64,000 bases of DNA, from positions 4,137 to 68,136 of the forward strand of contig JAACVK010000028.1 of the NCBI GenBank assembly GCA_009991595.1, written 5' to 3'. The position numbers and the translations under genes were made by a program. Source of the DNA: a bacterium. GTDB taxonomy: Bacteria > Bdellovibrionota > UBA2428. Below, piece by piece: positions 18,497-28,634 of this stretch (positions are counted from its first letter, which is position 1; each line of letters opens with the position of its first letter). Below the pieces are notes generated by a model. The model was not told the origin of the DNA, made no database searches, and saw only the letters and a list, made by a program, of their open reading frames with translations.

Positions 18497-18979
18497 CGTT
18501 CCTTATCCGCCCCGAACGCACTAACTATCGTGCTCTACCAACCTAGAATTCCCCAAAACACAGGCTCCATTGCCCGAATGTGTGCGGCCACTGGTAGCAG
18601 ACTCGACCTAATAAACCCCCTCTTTGAGATTGACGATAAAAAACTAAAACGAGCCGGTCTCGACTATTGGCATTTACTAGACGTTCGTCACTTCGAGAGC
18701 CTAGAAGATTGGCAAAAACAAAACTCTCAGATCACGCCATGGCTAGTCGAAGTTGGCTCCCCGAAGAAATACACCGACGCTCAATTCTCGCAAGCCGACT
18801 ACCTTATGTTTGGCGATGAACAAGACGGAATACCAGAGGCCTTGTTAAAGCAGTGTCCCGATCAACACTTGAGTCTACCTCAACAAGGAGTCAGAAGTCT
18901 CAACCTTGCCACCAGTGTAGCCGTTGTTACCTACGAAGCTCTTAGACAATTGGACTGGTATTCCTTAGAGTCTATATAG
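18491..18979 (+). CDS. trmL: tRNA (cytidine/uridine-2'-O)-methyltransferase, SpoU/TrmL family
   Basis: TIVLYQPRIPQNTGSIARMCAATGSRLDLI matches the TrmL N-terminus (MLNIVLYEPEIPPNTGNIIR). The start could instead be 18443 (track ORF). Confidence 0.8.
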   Translation: MDRSLSAPNALTIVLYQPRIPQNTGSIARMCAATGSRLDLINPLFEIDDKKLKRAGLDYWHLLDVRHFESLEDWQKQNSQITPWLVEVGSPKKYTDAQFSQADYLMFGDEQDGIPEALLKQCPDQHLSLPQQGVRSLNLATSVAVVTYEALRQLDWYSLESI

Positions 18980-19100
18980 TTGCTGACATTTTCCTCCTGA
19001 ATGTGACAGTAGTAGCAATTGTCTAACATCCCTCGACTCTCTATCTTCTCAATACGAAGCAGGTACTGCTTCACTGTCAGGAAGAAAAGGAACTAACACT

Positions 19101-19526
19101 ATGAAAAAATCAATTTTAACCGCACTATTTTTAGTATTTTCAGCTCAAAGTCACGCATGGACTCAAGTCGCTTTTTGCGACACCCCAGGTGACGCTCTTG
19201 GTGGAGTTATTCTCTACACGGATGGAGCTGATCTAATCCTCCAAATTAGCGACCTTAGCGATAACCCTCCTCAGGAGCTTCGCACCAGCAACGGTGATCT
19301 TGAGCAGCACTTAAACATTAACAAGGAGCTTCAAGACCTCAACACCCATAGGGTTGCAAAAAGCTACACCTTCGCCTCAGAGAAGACCCTTGCCTTTGGA
19401 GGGGTTTTAACGAATTCTGCAGTCCTTAACATTAAGGTCGGCCCTAGAAATTCAAGAAATCTCAACTCAACCTTGGCTCATAAAGGAAATGTATATTCTC
19501 TCTATTGTGTAGATCCACAATTCTAG
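19101..19526 (+). CDS. hypothetical secreted protein
   Basis: 141 aa. Signal peptide MKKSILTALFLVFSAQSHA. AAAGGAA RBS upstream. Confidence 0.5.
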   Translation: MKKSILTALFLVFSAQSHAWTQVAFCDTPGDALGGVILYTDGADLILQISDLSDNPPQELRTSNGDLEQHLNINKELQDLNTHRVAKSYTFASEKTLAFGGVLTNSAVLNIKVGPRNSRNLNSTLAHKGNVYSLYCVDPQF

Positions 19527-19542
19527 AAGCCCGTAAAATTGA

Positions 19543-19582
19543 GAAGCTGTGAAACTCATAGGTTTCACAGCTTCTTTTGCAT
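19543..19582 (+). terminator. rho-independent terminator
   Basis: GAAGCTGTGAAAC-TCATAG-GTTTCACAGCTTC hairpin followed by TTTTGC. Confidence 0.6.
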
Positions 19583-19658
19583 TTAGGGCCTCAATCCAAG
19601 ACAAAGTCTTGGCACTTAAGACCAAGAAGCACCAATTGAATTCGATATAATAAAGGCC

Positions 19659-20123
19659 ATGGGCTCCAATCAAAAATCAATGTTCTTAGCCGCATTGCTA
19701 CTTTTCACCTTTTACTCCCAAGCAGCAGAGGTCATGAAGATCCGCGAAGGTGTTCTTCTAAAAGATTCTCCAAGCGAGGATTCGGGCTCAACTTTTTTTG
19801 CAAGACCCGGACACCTCCTTCTCGCCGTATCCGCAAAAGCGGACTGGTACCTTGTAAGTGACGGGCTCCACACCGGGTGGGTCCCCACTAAATTTGTAGA
19901 AAGCACAACAAGCAACAAGGTGATGCCTCTTTATTTGGTTTCAGACTTAAAACAGGGCAAGATTCAATTTAAACCTGAAGACGCGAGCCTGAGCCAAGCC
20001 AACAGAAGCTTAACGGAAGCCGAGCAAGAATCCTTAGTGAAAAAAGCCCAACAACTTGAAAAAAAACTTGGAAACGGACCAAGCAAACTTTATCGCTCTG
20101 ATCAGCTTAAAAAGAAGAAATAA
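19659..20123 (+). CDS. hypothetical secreted protein (possible SH3b-like domain)
   Basis: 154 aa. Signal peptide. The DWYLVSDGLHTGWVPTKFV segment resembles bacterial SH3. K-rich C-terminus. Confidence 0.45.
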   Translation: MGSNQKSMFLAALLLFTFYSQAAEVMKIREGVLLKDSPSEDSGSTFFARPGHLLLAVSAKADWYLVSDGLHTGWVPTKFVESTTSNKVMPLYLVSDLKQGKIQFKPEDASLSQANRSLTEAEQESLVKKAQQLEKKLGNGPSKLYRSDQLKKKK

Positions 20124-20125
20124 AA

Positions 20126-20163
20126 AAGCCCTGCCATATCTAATATGGCAGGGCTTTTGATTT
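20126..20163. terminator. bidirectional rho-independent terminator between convergent genes
   Basis: AAAAAAGCCCTGCCATAT-CTAAT-ATGGCAGGGCTTTTGATTTT. There are T/A runs on both sides, so it can serve both the plus-strand gene and rpsI on the minus strand. Confidence 0.8.
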
Positions 20164-20184
20164 TGAAGACTAATAGAAAACGAA

Positions 20185-20580
20185 TTAACGCTTACTAAAC
20201 TGAGTTCCTCTACGTGCTCCACGAAGACCGTATTTCTTACGCTCTTTAGATCGTGCATCACGAGTCAAGTAACCACCTGCTTTAAGAGGAGCTCTCAAAT
20301 TAGGATCAAAGCTTTGAAGAGCGCGGCTAATGCCGTGTCGAATCGCTCCAGCTTGTCCAGAATGTCCGCCACCATCAGCAAGAGCATAAACATCAAACTT
20401 GCCAAGCAAGTCCAACTCTTCGAAGGGTTGGTTTACAATAAGACGCAAAATAGGGCGTCCAAAATATTCGTCAATGACTTTACCGTTAATGAATATTTTT
20501 CCTTGTCCTGGTCTCACACGAACGCGAGCCACTGAGGTCTTTCTTCTTCCAGTTGCGTAAACAAAACTCTGAGTACTCAT
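20185..20580 (-). CDS. rpsI: 30S ribosomal protein S9
   Basis: 131 aa. [19 protein letters not shown] and C-terminal [17 protein letters not shown]. Confidence 0.95.
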   Translation of the reverse strand: MSTQSFVYATGRRKTSVARVRVRPGQGKIFINGKVIDEYFGRPILRLIVNQPFEELDLLGKFDVYALADGGGHSGQAGAIRHGISRALQSFDPNLRAPLKAGGYLTRDARSKERKKYGLRGARRGTQFSKR

Positions 20581-20593
20581 ATTAAATTATTCC

Positions 20594-21265
20594 TTATGCT
20601 CTCTTTTGCCCTTGGTACTTCAAAGCCCAAGTAACAGGATTCTGCGCAGCATGAGGATGTTCACTGCCGGCATAAATTTTCAACTTTTTCATTTGAGCGC
20701 GACCCAAAGAATTTCGAGCGATCATGCCGTGAACGGCTCTCTCAATAATTCTCTGGGGGTGTTCTTTACGAACTCGGCCAGCAGGACGAATTTTCATTCC
20801 GCCAACCCAACCGCTGTGATCATAATATTTTTTCTTATCTTCTTTGTTGCTTGTGAATTTAACCTTTTCGGCATTCAAAACAACAACAAAGTCTCCAGCG
20901 TCGTTATTTGGAGTGAAACAAGCTTTGTGCTTGCCTCTTAAAAGAATGGCAATCTCAGAAGCCAAACGTCCTACAGTCTGGCCGTTTGCATCAACGATAA
21001 GCCATTTTCTCTCATTGTTGTCCTTAGGGGCAAACAATGTGCGAGAAGCCAAAGGCTGAATTTTTCCCTTTTGCTCTGTAATCAAAGCAGATGCAGGAGC
21101 GACGCTCTCAGGCTTAACCTTGGGTCGCCCAGCATCAGCCTTCACGGTCTTAGTGCTTTTAGCAGTCCTAAGCTTCGTTCTTGAGCTTGCACGCACAGCT
21201 GTCTTTTTTTGCTTAACAGCTCTGCGAAGTGTTTGTTTTTTTGTCTTCTTTTTTTCCATACTCAT
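20594..21265 (-). CDS. rplM: 50S ribosomal protein L13 with ~80-aa Lys/Ala/Thr-rich N-terminal extension
   Basis: The C-terminal ~140 aa align to L13 (WLIVDANGQTVGRLASEIAILLRGKHK ... LKIYAGSEHPHAAQ). The ORF stays open upstream through KKKTKKQTLRRAVKQKKTAVRASSRTKLRTAKSTKTVKA. Confidence 0.85.
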   Translation of the reverse strand: MSMEKKKTKKQTLRRAVKQKKTAVRASSRTKLRTAKSTKTVKADAGRPKVKPESVAPASALITEQKGKIQPLASRTLFAPKDNNERKWLIVDANGQTVGRLASEIAILLRGKHKACFTPNNDAGDFVVVLNAEKVKFTSNKEDKKKYYDHSGWVGGMKIRPAGRVRKEHPQRIIERAVHGMIARNSLGRAQMKKLKIYAGSEHPHAAQNPVTWALKYQGQKRA

Positions 21266-21488
21266 TTTTAAATTCTACCTTCGTTATAACGTCGCGAATT
21301 CTCAAGCTTCTAGGCTCTATCTTCAGACCCTGTCAAGTAAAACAAGTGAGGCTTTTCCACTGAGAGTCGCGTGTGGTGATATAACGCAGTCCAACGCGTT
21401 AAGCTATGAGATTTTTTATGAATATCACTTTGCTGGTCAAATATCTGGCTAGCCTTGGCCCCCTACAGTTGAGCTAAACTTATAGAAG

Positions 21489-21917
21489 ATGGGAAGATAT
21501 ATTTGTCCAGTTTGTAGAGCTCACCGCGAAGTGGACTTGAGGGATCGTATTTCTTGGAATTCCCATTCAAAGATCCTCATCACAATCGCTTTTCTCTCCA
21601 TTACTGCCTACCTACTTCGCGGACCCGCTTTGGCCTTCAAGCTCACCTTTCTCTACCTCCCGATTTGGGCAATGATTGAGTTTTTTCATTGGAGTAAAGT
21701 GAGAAATGATAGCAAATGTCCTCACTGCTTTTTCGATCCAATTTTATATCAAAGAGACTGGAAAGCGGCCCGAAAAATTGTCGAGGAGCGCCTCGGGAGC
21801 ATTAAAAGTGTTGTCGAAAAAGAAAGGGCCATCAAAGTTGCCCAGTTCCTTGGGAAAGCCCCGCCAACCGAAGAACAAGGCCCTGCTCCAGAGCTAATAC
21901 CCGAAAACCCTGCCTAA
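21489..21917 (+). CDS. hypothetical membrane protein with N-terminal Cys-pair (zinc-ribbon-like)
   Basis: 142 aa. CPVCRAH ... CPHCF. Two hydrophobic segments. Confidence 0.45.
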   Translation: MGRYICPVCRAHREVDLRDRISWNSHSKILITIAFLSITAYLLRGPALAFKLTFLYLPIWAMIEFFHWSKVRNDSKCPHCFFDPILYQRDWKAARKIVEERLGSIKSVVEKERAIKVAQFLGKAPPTEEQGPAPELIPENPA

Positions 21918-21996
21918 CTAACAACAAGCGTCACTTGCTAAAAGCCTCTTTTTGTTTCGTTTAGCCCCCTTACACTTCGTGCTAAGTTATTGATCT

Positions 21997-23301
21997 ATGA
22001 AAACTGCTTACTTAGCCTATGGAACTAGAAGCCCGTTTGCCAAAGCCGGAACCGATTTAAAAACCGTGCATGCGGCTGAACTGGGCCGTCACGCACTTGC
22101 CGAACTCATTGCTCGTTCGAATCTAAGCCATGAACACTGGGGAAAGATTGTAGACGAGGTCATCATCGGAAACACAGGAACGCCTGCCGATGCCGCGAAC
22201 ATTTCACGTGTCATTGCTTTACGAGCTGGACTACCTGAAAACGTTTCAGCTTACACTGTCCATCGCAACTGTGCTTCGGCAATGGAAGCCATGGCCCAAG
22301 CAACTTTAAAAGTTCAAGCAGGGCAGGGCGATGTCTTTATTGCGGGGGGTGCCGAATCCATGTCCCAAATGCCTTTGATGTATAATAACAAAGCCACCAG
22401 CTTTTTCGACAAGCTTTCTCGAGCACGTAGTCTTGCAGATCGCTTAAAAGTATTAAAAGACATTCCTCTTAAAGATTTTTTGAAGCCTAGGATTGCAATC
22501 ATGGAGGGGCTCACAGATCCCTTTTATGACATCAACATGGGAGAAACCGCCGAGATCATTGCCAAGGAATTTGGCATCAAACGAAATGAGCAAGATGAAT
22601 TTGCACTTTGGAGCCATCAAAAGGCCGTCAAAGCTCAAGAAGCTGGCCACTACGCAAACGAAATTGCCCCTTATAGTGTGCCTCCTAAATTCGAGAACAC
22701 CCTTACCAACGACTCAGGACCACGTGCCAATCAAAGCATGGAAGCCCTTGCAAAATTAAGACCTTTCTTTGACAAGAAGTTTGGCAGCATCACAGCTGGA
22801 AACTCATGTCCCATTACAGATGGAGCCTGCATGGTTTCAATCGTAAGTGAAGAAGGCTTGGCAAAACTTGAAGGAGCTAAGGCCATTGCGAAGATTACAG
22901 GTTACGCATTTGCTGGACTTGATCCTCGCCGGATGGGTCTAGGCCCCGTTTTTGCGACAAAGAAACTCTTGGATCAAACAGGTGAAAAACTGCAAGACTT
23001 CGATGTTATCGAAATCAACGAAGCCTTTTCCGCCCAGGTGATTGGTTGCCTTCGTGCTTTTGAGTCACAAAAGTTTTTTGATGAACATTTTAACGGCGAT
23101 AAAGCCATGGGAGCCATTGCTCCAGAACGCTTAAACCCCAACGGTGGGGCCATTGCGATTGGACATCCTGTAGGAGCTACTGGGGCAAGAATTGCTTTAA
23201 CAGCAGCGCTTGAAATGAATCGACTTGGAGCCAAAAAGGCTCTCGCCACCATGTGCATTGGTGGCGGCCAGGGCGGCTCAATTTCCTTGGAAGCTGTTTA
23301 A
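21997..23301 (+). CDS. fadI: 3-ketoacyl-CoA thiolase (FadI-like)
   Basis: 434 aa. HRNCASAMEA active-site Cys, GHPVGATGARI, CIGGGQGGS. Immediately upstream of fadJ. Confidence 0.85.
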   Translation: MKTAYLAYGTRSPFAKAGTDLKTVHAAELGRHALAELIARSNLSHEHWGKIVDEVIIGNTGTPADAANISRVIALRAGLPENVSAYTVHRNCASAMEAMAQATLKVQAGQGDVFIAGGAESMSQMPLMYNNKATSFFDKLSRARSLADRLKVLKDIPLKDFLKPRIAIMEGLTDPFYDINMGETAEIIAKEFGIKRNEQDEFALWSHQKAVKAQEAGHYANEIAPYSVPPKFENTLTNDSGPRANQSMEALAKLRPFFDKKFGSITAGNSCPITDGACMVSIVSEEGLAKLEGAKAIAKITGYAFAGLDPRRMGLGPVFATKKLLDQTGEKLQDFDVIEINEAFSAQVIGCLRAFESQKFFDEHFNGDKAMGAIAPERLNPNGGAIAIGHPVGATGARIALTAALEMNRLGAKKALATMCIGGGQGGSISLEAV

Positions 23302-23320
23302 GAAAGGGATTTAGAAAATT

Positions 23321-25519
23321 ATGGAAACACTCTTTAAAGGAAAAGCCTTTAAGTTACATCAAGACAAAAACATTGGAATTTTGGAGTTTGATTTAGAGGG
23401 CGAGAAAATTAACAAGTTTGGAGAGTTCCAACTTAAAGAGCTAGGCGACCTTTGCGACAAGATCAAAGCTGGAGACTATAAAGTTAAAGCCCTTTTGATC
23501 CGATCGGCAAAAAAAGACTCCTTCATTGTAGGAGCTGACATCAACGTGATTCAATCACTCGCCGATGAAGCAGAAGCCCGCAAGGCCTCCGAATTGGGTC
23601 AGAGCACTTTTTCAAAACTTGAAGATCTATCGATCCCAACCCTAGTTGCCATTCACGGAGCCTGCATGGGTGGTGGAACAGAAATGGCCTGTGCGGCCAA
23701 ATATAGAATTTGCTCCGATTCGAGTCGAACTGTTATCGGAGTCCCAGAAGTTAAACTAGGGTTTTTACCAGGATGGGGTGGCACTTATCGCCTACCAAAG
23801 ATGGTCGGACTTATGAATGCCATTGATATGATTTTAAGTGGAAAAAGTATTCGCCCGCACAAAGCGCCTAAAATGGGTCTTGTGGACGAACTCGTTCCCG
23901 AAGCTCTTTTTGATGCTAAGTCCGTGGAATACACTCACATGTTGGCTGAAGGAAAAGTCCCCTTTAACAAGAGCCGAAAAGTCTCGCTTCCCGAAAAACT
24001 TCTAACAACAAACTTTATTGGTAAAAAAGTTTTCTTTTCAAAGGCAAGAGAGCAGCTGCTGTCCAAAACAAAAGGACATTACCCAGCTCCTTTGGCCGCG
24101 CTTGAACTCATTCGAGACAAGTCCTCTTTGAAGCGCGATGCCTACATGAAAGAAGAGGCACGCGTCTTTGCTCAACTTTGGGCGACCCCGGTTTCTAAAC
24201 ACCTCGTTTCTCTATTCTTCCTAACCGAAGATGTAAAAAGAGACCCTGGCACGACAAGCTTGGATAGAGAACAATTAAAATCCCTACCAAAATTTAATCA
24301 AATGGCCGTGCTTGGTGCAGGCGTTATGGGCGGCGGCATTGGCTATCAAAGCGCAAGTAAAGACATTTACGTTACCTTGAAAGACATCCGCCACGAAGCT
24401 GTAGCCGCGGGGAAAGCTCATGCTCAAAAACTATTTAATAAATTGGTTGAGCGCAAACACATGACCCGCAGCCAGGCTTCGCAAAAAATGTCCCACATTC
24501 GTGGACAAGTAGACTACACAAGCTTTGGCAGTCTCGATTTAGTGATCGAAGCTGTTGTCGAAGATTTGGAAATCAAAAAGAAGGTCTTTGCTGAGGTAGA
24601 AACTAAAGTGAGCGATCAGTGTGTGATTGCGACCAACACTTCAAGCCTTCGTTTGGAGGACATGCTTCCAGCCTTCAAAAAACCTGAACGTTTTGTGGGC
24701 CTCCACTTTTTTAACCCAGTCGATAAGATGCCCCTAGTTGAAGTGGTAACTCATCCGCAAATTTCACCCGAAACAGTCGCTAGGGCGGTTGCCTATGTAA
24801 AAGCCATTGGCAAAACTCCCGTTGTTGTAAAAGATGGCCCAGGATTCTTAGTCAATCGACTGCTTTTACCTTGGCTGAACGAAGCAGGATACTGTCTGCA
24901 AGAAGGTTACGACATCGTCGAAACAGATAAAATTTTAAAGAAGTTTGGAATGCCCATGGGCCCCTTCGAGCTTCTCGATGAAATTGGTCTCGATGTTGCC
25001 TGCAAAGTTAGCCATATCTTACACGCCTCCTTAGGCCAGCGCTTCAAGCCTTCTGACGGACTTGATAGAATTATGGAAGCCAACAAAAAACTTGGTGAAG
25101 GACAAACCAAAAGACTTGGTAAAAAATCTGGGCTTGGTTTTTACAAATGGGAAAACGGAAGAAGAAAAGAAGCCGACACGGAGGCTATTCACAAAATTCT
25201 TTTCCCTACTGGAGTGAAGGCTCGAACAGAACTCAATCCCGAAACATTGATAAGACGTTTGATCTATCCAATGATCAACGAAACGGCTCTTATTCTAAAA
25301 GAACAAATCGTTGAAAAAGCGTGGCAGGTGGATGTGGGGATGATCTTCGGAACAGGCTTCCCTCCTTTTCGCGGGGGCCTCTGCAGATACGCAGACTCAG
25401 TTGGCTTAAAGAACATCGAATCGGAATTGCAACGCATGTCGACTCTTTATGGAGCTCGATTGAAACCCACTGAAGCCCTAAGTGCTTACGCCCAAAGTGG
25501 TGGAAAGTTCTATGACTAA
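23321..25519 (+). CDS. fadJ: fatty-acid oxidation complex alpha subunit (enoyl-CoA hydratase / 3-hydroxyacyl-CoA dehydrogenase)
   Basis: 732 aa. N-terminal crotonase fold (AIHGACMGGGTEMA). Central NAD-binding segment VLGAGVMGGGIG. C-terminal 3HCDH domain. Confidence 0.9.
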   Translation: METLFKGKAFKLHQDKNIGILEFDLEGEKINKFGEFQLKELGDLCDKIKAGDYKVKALLIRSAKKDSFIVGADINVIQSLADEAEARKASELGQSTFSKLEDLSIPTLVAIHGACMGGGTEMACAAKYRICSDSSRTVIGVPEVKLGFLPGWGGTYRLPKMVGLMNAIDMILSGKSIRPHKAPKMGLVDELVPEALFDAKSVEYTHMLAEGKVPFNKSRKVSLPEKLLTTNFIGKKVFFSKAREQLLSKTKGHYPAPLAALELIRDKSSLKRDAYMKEEARVFAQLWATPVSKHLVSLFFLTEDVKRDPGTTSLDREQLKSLPKFNQMAVLGAGVMGGGIGYQSASKDIYVTLKDIRHEAVAAGKAHAQKLFNKLVERKHMTRSQASQKMSHIRGQVDYTSFGSLDLVIEAVVEDLEIKKKVFAEVETKVSDQCVIATNTSSLRLEDMLPAFKKPERFVGLHFFNPVDKMPLVEVVTHPQISPETVARAVAYVKAIGKTPVVVKDGPGFLVNRLLLPWLNEAGYCLQEGYDIVETDKILKKFGMPMGPFELLDEIGLDVACKVSHILHASLGQRFKPSDGLDRIMEANKKLGEGQTKRLGKKSGLGFYKWENGRRKEADTEAIHKILFPTGVKARTELNPETLIRRLIYPMINETALILKEQIVEKAWQVDVGMIFGTGFPPFRGGLCRYADSVGLKNIESELQRMSTLYGARLKPTEALSAYAQSGGKFYD

Positions 25520-26477
25520 CGAAGGCATATTGGATCGAGCGCGCGAGTTGCTTCGCATTGAAGCCCGCGCCATTGAACGTTGCGCAGAAAAGCTCGACCA
25601 TCGCTTCCTAGAGGCTATTGAGCTCATCCGAGAAACACATAAGAAAGGCAAGAAACTTATTCTAATGGGAATGGGCAAAAGTCATTATGTCGCTGGCAAA
25701 CTTGCCGCCTCTTTTATGAGCACTGGCATTACAGCCGTCTTCGTTCATCCCGCTGAAGCCTTTCACGGAGATTTAGGTGGGATTCACCAGGACGACCTTT
25801 GTATCTTAATTTCTAAAAGTGGAGCGACTCCCGAACTACTCGGCCTTATTCCCTTTTTTAAGGGAAATAACCCTGTCATATCCATAACAGGAAACGTGAA
25901 GAGTCACCTAGCTTTAGCATCAACACTGAGTCTCGATGCTGCCGTAGAAAAGGAAGCCTGTCCAATCAATATGCTTCCTACAGCAAGCACCACAGCTGCC
26001 TTAGCCGTTGGCGATGCACTTGTTTCAGTTTTTGCAGAAGATCAGGGTTTTGATCGCAAGACTTTTGCTGGCTACCACCCTGGAGGCTCTATCGGAAAGC
26101 GGTTGAACTTTACCATTTCTCAGGTAATGGTTGGCTTAGATCAAACGCCTCATGGATCCGCGGCTCAAAGTATTGCAACCGTCGCATCCAAGATGAGCGA
26201 CCAACCTGTAGGTGCTTATTGCATTGTTAATGAGAAGCTAGAACTCATTGGCATTCTCACTGACGGAGACATGAAACGAATCCTTTCCAAAGGAATTCCT
26301 GCCACGACTGCGGTTAGTGAAGTTATGAATCCTTCTCCCATAACTGTGGGACCAGACCTTTTGATCGACAATGCCATTGCTGTCATGGAACAGAAATCAA
26401 GACCCGTGAATTGTTCTCCGGTAGTAGACGCCAACAACAAACTTCTAGGAGTCGTAAGATTACATGACCTCATCTAA
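25482..26477 (+). CDS. kdsD: arabinose-5-phosphate isomerase (KpsF/GutQ family; SIS + tandem CBS)
   Basis: 331 aa. SIS domain (GMGKSHYVAGKLAASF) followed by a CBS pair. Precedes kdsB and kdsA. Confidence 0.8.
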   Translation: MLTPKVVESSMTNEGILDRARELLRIEARAIERCAEKLDHRFLEAIELIRETHKKGKKLILMGMGKSHYVAGKLAASFMSTGITAVFVHPAEAFHGDLGGIHQDDLCILISKSGATPELLGLIPFFKGNNPVISITGNVKSHLALASTLSLDAAVEKEACPINMLPTASTTAALAVGDALVSVFAEDQGFDRKTFAGYHPGGSIGKRLNFTISQVMVGLDQTPHGSAAQSIATVASKMSDQPVGAYCIVNEKLELIGILTDGDMKRILSKGIPATTAVSEVMNPSPITVGPDLLIDNAIAVMEQKSRPVNCSPVVDANNKLLGVVRLHDLI

Positions 26478-27285
26478 AGGCAACGCCTCCAAGCCCGAAT
26501 ATTTAATCATTGTCCCACTTCGCCTCAACTCAACGCGAATCAAACAAAAGGTTTTATCTGAAATCAACAAAGAAAGTTTAGCGCAAAGAGTTTTAAAAAA
26601 AGCTCTCGAGGTTCAAAAGAGAAACCCAAATGTCATGGTGGTTGCAGCCATTGATTCTTTAAAGACAAAAGCTCACCTAAAAACTGTCTTTGGTGATTCT
26701 TTACAAATTGTTCTTACCAGCCAACTACTTAGAACCGGCAGTGACCGCGTCTTTGCAACTTTTAAAACGCTCGTGCGGCAAAAAATTGTTTCAGAAAAGA
26801 AAGTCAAAGCCATCGTCAACCTTCAAGGCGACATGCCGTTTTTTGATCCTCAGGTTTTGAAGCGCTTGATGGAACAGTTCAAGAGTGTGAAACCTAACCA
26901 TCCCTTAATGTGGACCCTGGTTCAAGAATGGCCTCACGAGTTCAATCCTAAACACCTGTCTCATGTAAAAGCCATACTAGCCAAAGACAAGCGTGCTTTG
27001 TATTTTTCAAGATACCCAATTCCTTGTACTAAAAAATTCAACATGGGGACTTTACTCTTTCATGTGGGCGTCTACGCTTACACACCTCGCGCATTACGCG
27101 ATTTTTGCACCGCTCAAAGCCCCGTAATGGAAATGAGCGAAAGTTTAGAACAACTGCGAGCTCTTTACATTGGAATTCCATTTTTTGCCGAAAAGGTTCG
27201 ACCTCGACCCGGCTTCAACTTTCGAGGAATTGACACCGCCAGTGATTTAAAATGGGCAAAAGAATTTGCCAAAAAAGGACACTAA
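26464..27285 (+). CDS. kdsB: 3-deoxy-manno-octulosonate cytidylyltransferase (CMP-KDO synthetase)
   Basis: Collinear with E. coli KdsB: IVPLRLNSTRIKQKVL ~ IIPARYASTRLPGKPL, NLQGDMP ~ NVQGDEP, ALYFSRYPIP ~ ALYFSRATIP. Confidence 0.8.
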   Translation: MTSSKGNASKPEYLIIVPLRLNSTRIKQKVLSEINKESLAQRVLKKALEVQKRNPNVMVVAAIDSLKTKAHLKTVFGDSLQIVLTSQLLRTGSDRVFATFKTLVRQKIVSEKKVKAIVNLQGDMPFFDPQVLKRLMEQFKSVKPNHPLMWTLVQEWPHEFNPKHLSHVKAILAKDKRALYFSRYPIPCTKKFNMGTLLFHVGVYAYTPRALRDFCTAQSPVMEMSESLEQLRALYIGIPFFAEKVRPRPGFNFRGIDTASDLKWAKEFAKKGH

Positions 27286-27288
27286 AGA

Positions 27289-28131
27289 ATGTTTCAACCC
27301 CCTTTATCTAAAACCGTAAAAGCAACACTATCTTCCGGAGATTTTATCTGGGGCGACGCTAAGACATGGAACTTATTTGCAGGGCCAGACATCTACGAGA
27401 ACGATGAAGTGGTTCATGAAACAGCAACTACCCTCAAAAAGATTACCAGCGAACTAAACATTCCTTGGATATTTAAGTGCTCATTCGACAAGGCAAACCG
27501 ATCCAGTGGAACAAGCTTTCGAGGTCCGGGGATGGACACGGCCCTGAAAGGTTTTGCAGCCATCAAGAAAGAATTAAACATTTCTCTAATCACCGACGTT
27601 CACGAATGTTGGCAAGTAGAAAAAGTGGCTGAAGTTGCCGATGTGATTCAAATACCCGCATTTCTTTGCCGACAAACTGATTTACTCCACGAAGTAGCCA
27701 AAACAGGCCGAGTCATTAATTTAAAGAAAGGACAGTTCATGGCTCCTTGGGACATGAAGTCTGCCGTTGAAAAGATTGCAGAAAAAGGAAACGAAAAGGT
27801 GCTTCTCTGCGATCGTGGCACGAGCTTTGGTTATAACCGACTAGTGACCGACATGACGGGATTAGTTGAAATGCGATCGCTGGGCTGCCCTGTCGTCATG
27901 GATGCAACACACGCTGTTCAACTTCCTTCCGGATTAGGGAACAAGAGTGGGGGGCGACCTGAGATGATTTCTGTTCTTGCAAGAGCGGCCATGGCTGTTG
28001 GAGTCGATGGAGTCTTTTTAGAAACTCATCCCGACCCTGCGAAAGCTCTTTGCGATGGTCCTAGCTCAATAAAGCTTTCCGAAATGAAAGCTCTCTTGAG
28101 TCAATTGAAAAAAATCTCAGAGCTTTCCTAA
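27289..28131 (+). CDS. kdsA: 2-dehydro-3-deoxyphosphooctonate aldolase (KDO-8-phosphate synthase)
   Basis: 280 aa. FKCSFDKANRSSGTSFRGPG and QIPAFLCRQTDLL motifs of KdsA. Confidence 0.9.
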   Translation: MFQPPLSKTVKATLSSGDFIWGDAKTWNLFAGPDIYENDEVVHETATTLKKITSELNIPWIFKCSFDKANRSSGTSFRGPGMDTALKGFAAIKKELNISLITDVHECWQVEKVAEVADVIQIPAFLCRQTDLLHEVAKTGRVINLKKGQFMAPWDMKSAVEKIAEKGNEKVLLCDRGTSFGYNRLVTDMTGLVEMRSLGCPVVMDATHAVQLPSGLGNKSGGRPEMISVLARAAMAVGVDGVFLETHPDPAKALCDGPSSIKLSEMKALLSQLKKISELS

Positions 28132-28151
28132 CGACTTCAATTACAAATACA

Positions 28152-28190
28152 AAAAAAGCCCCAGCTTTAACTAAAGCTGGGGCTTTTAAA
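28152..28190. terminator. bidirectional rho-independent terminator
   Basis: AAAAAAAGCCCCAGCTTT-AACTA-AAGCTGGGGCTTTT between kdsA (+) and a convergent small gene (-). Confidence 0.8.
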
Positions 28191-28212
28191 GTAATTATAA
28201 AACTTAGATCAA

Positions 28213-28524
28213 CTAATTAACTTCGCAAACCCCCCAAGCAGTTGCAGTGCAATCTTCGAAGTTTCGATCATTCCAGCTTGTGCAAGAACATCTTGCGTCA
28301 TCGGAATCGATCAAACGAGCCCCCACACCCATAGCCGAACAATTTGAAACCAAGTTGGATTCGGCTTGATTTTCCGCACTTCGGCAGGCCAATCCGCCGC
28401 GAGGTCCAGTTGAACGACCAACACCGGTGACTTCATATTGATTGTCACCTAAGTCGGGACCCGATCCCATTGAAAAACCCACAGTGGATAATAAAACAGA
28501 AAAAACGACTAACATTACTCGCAT
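28213..28524 (-). CDS. small Cys-rich secreted protein
   Basis: 103 aa. Signal peptide. Several Cys in the mature part (CRSAE, NCS, CSC, DC, CEVN). Confidence 0.4.
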   Translation of the reverse strand: MRVMLVVFSVLLSTVGFSMGSGPDLGDNQYEVTGVGRSTGPRGGLACRSAENQAESNLVSNCSAMGVGARLIDSDDARCSCTSWNDRNFEDCTATAWGVCEVN

Positions 28525-28634
28525 AAAAACCCTCCCGGTTAAATCTAATTATTAGGAGAGAGCCTAACCCAAAGTGCTTCTTTGAAACAATCTTTGTGGG
28601 AATAGAATGCGAAAGCATAAGCTGCGCAGCGCAG

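Noticed and set aside
28619-28633. Palindrome GCTGCGCaGCGCAGC as an independent regulatory element or sRNA terminator
   Set aside because: It sits directly after the stop of the minus-strand 126-aa ORF, and its T-run on the plus strand is simply the KKK codons of that ORF. Most simply a weak terminator for that gene.
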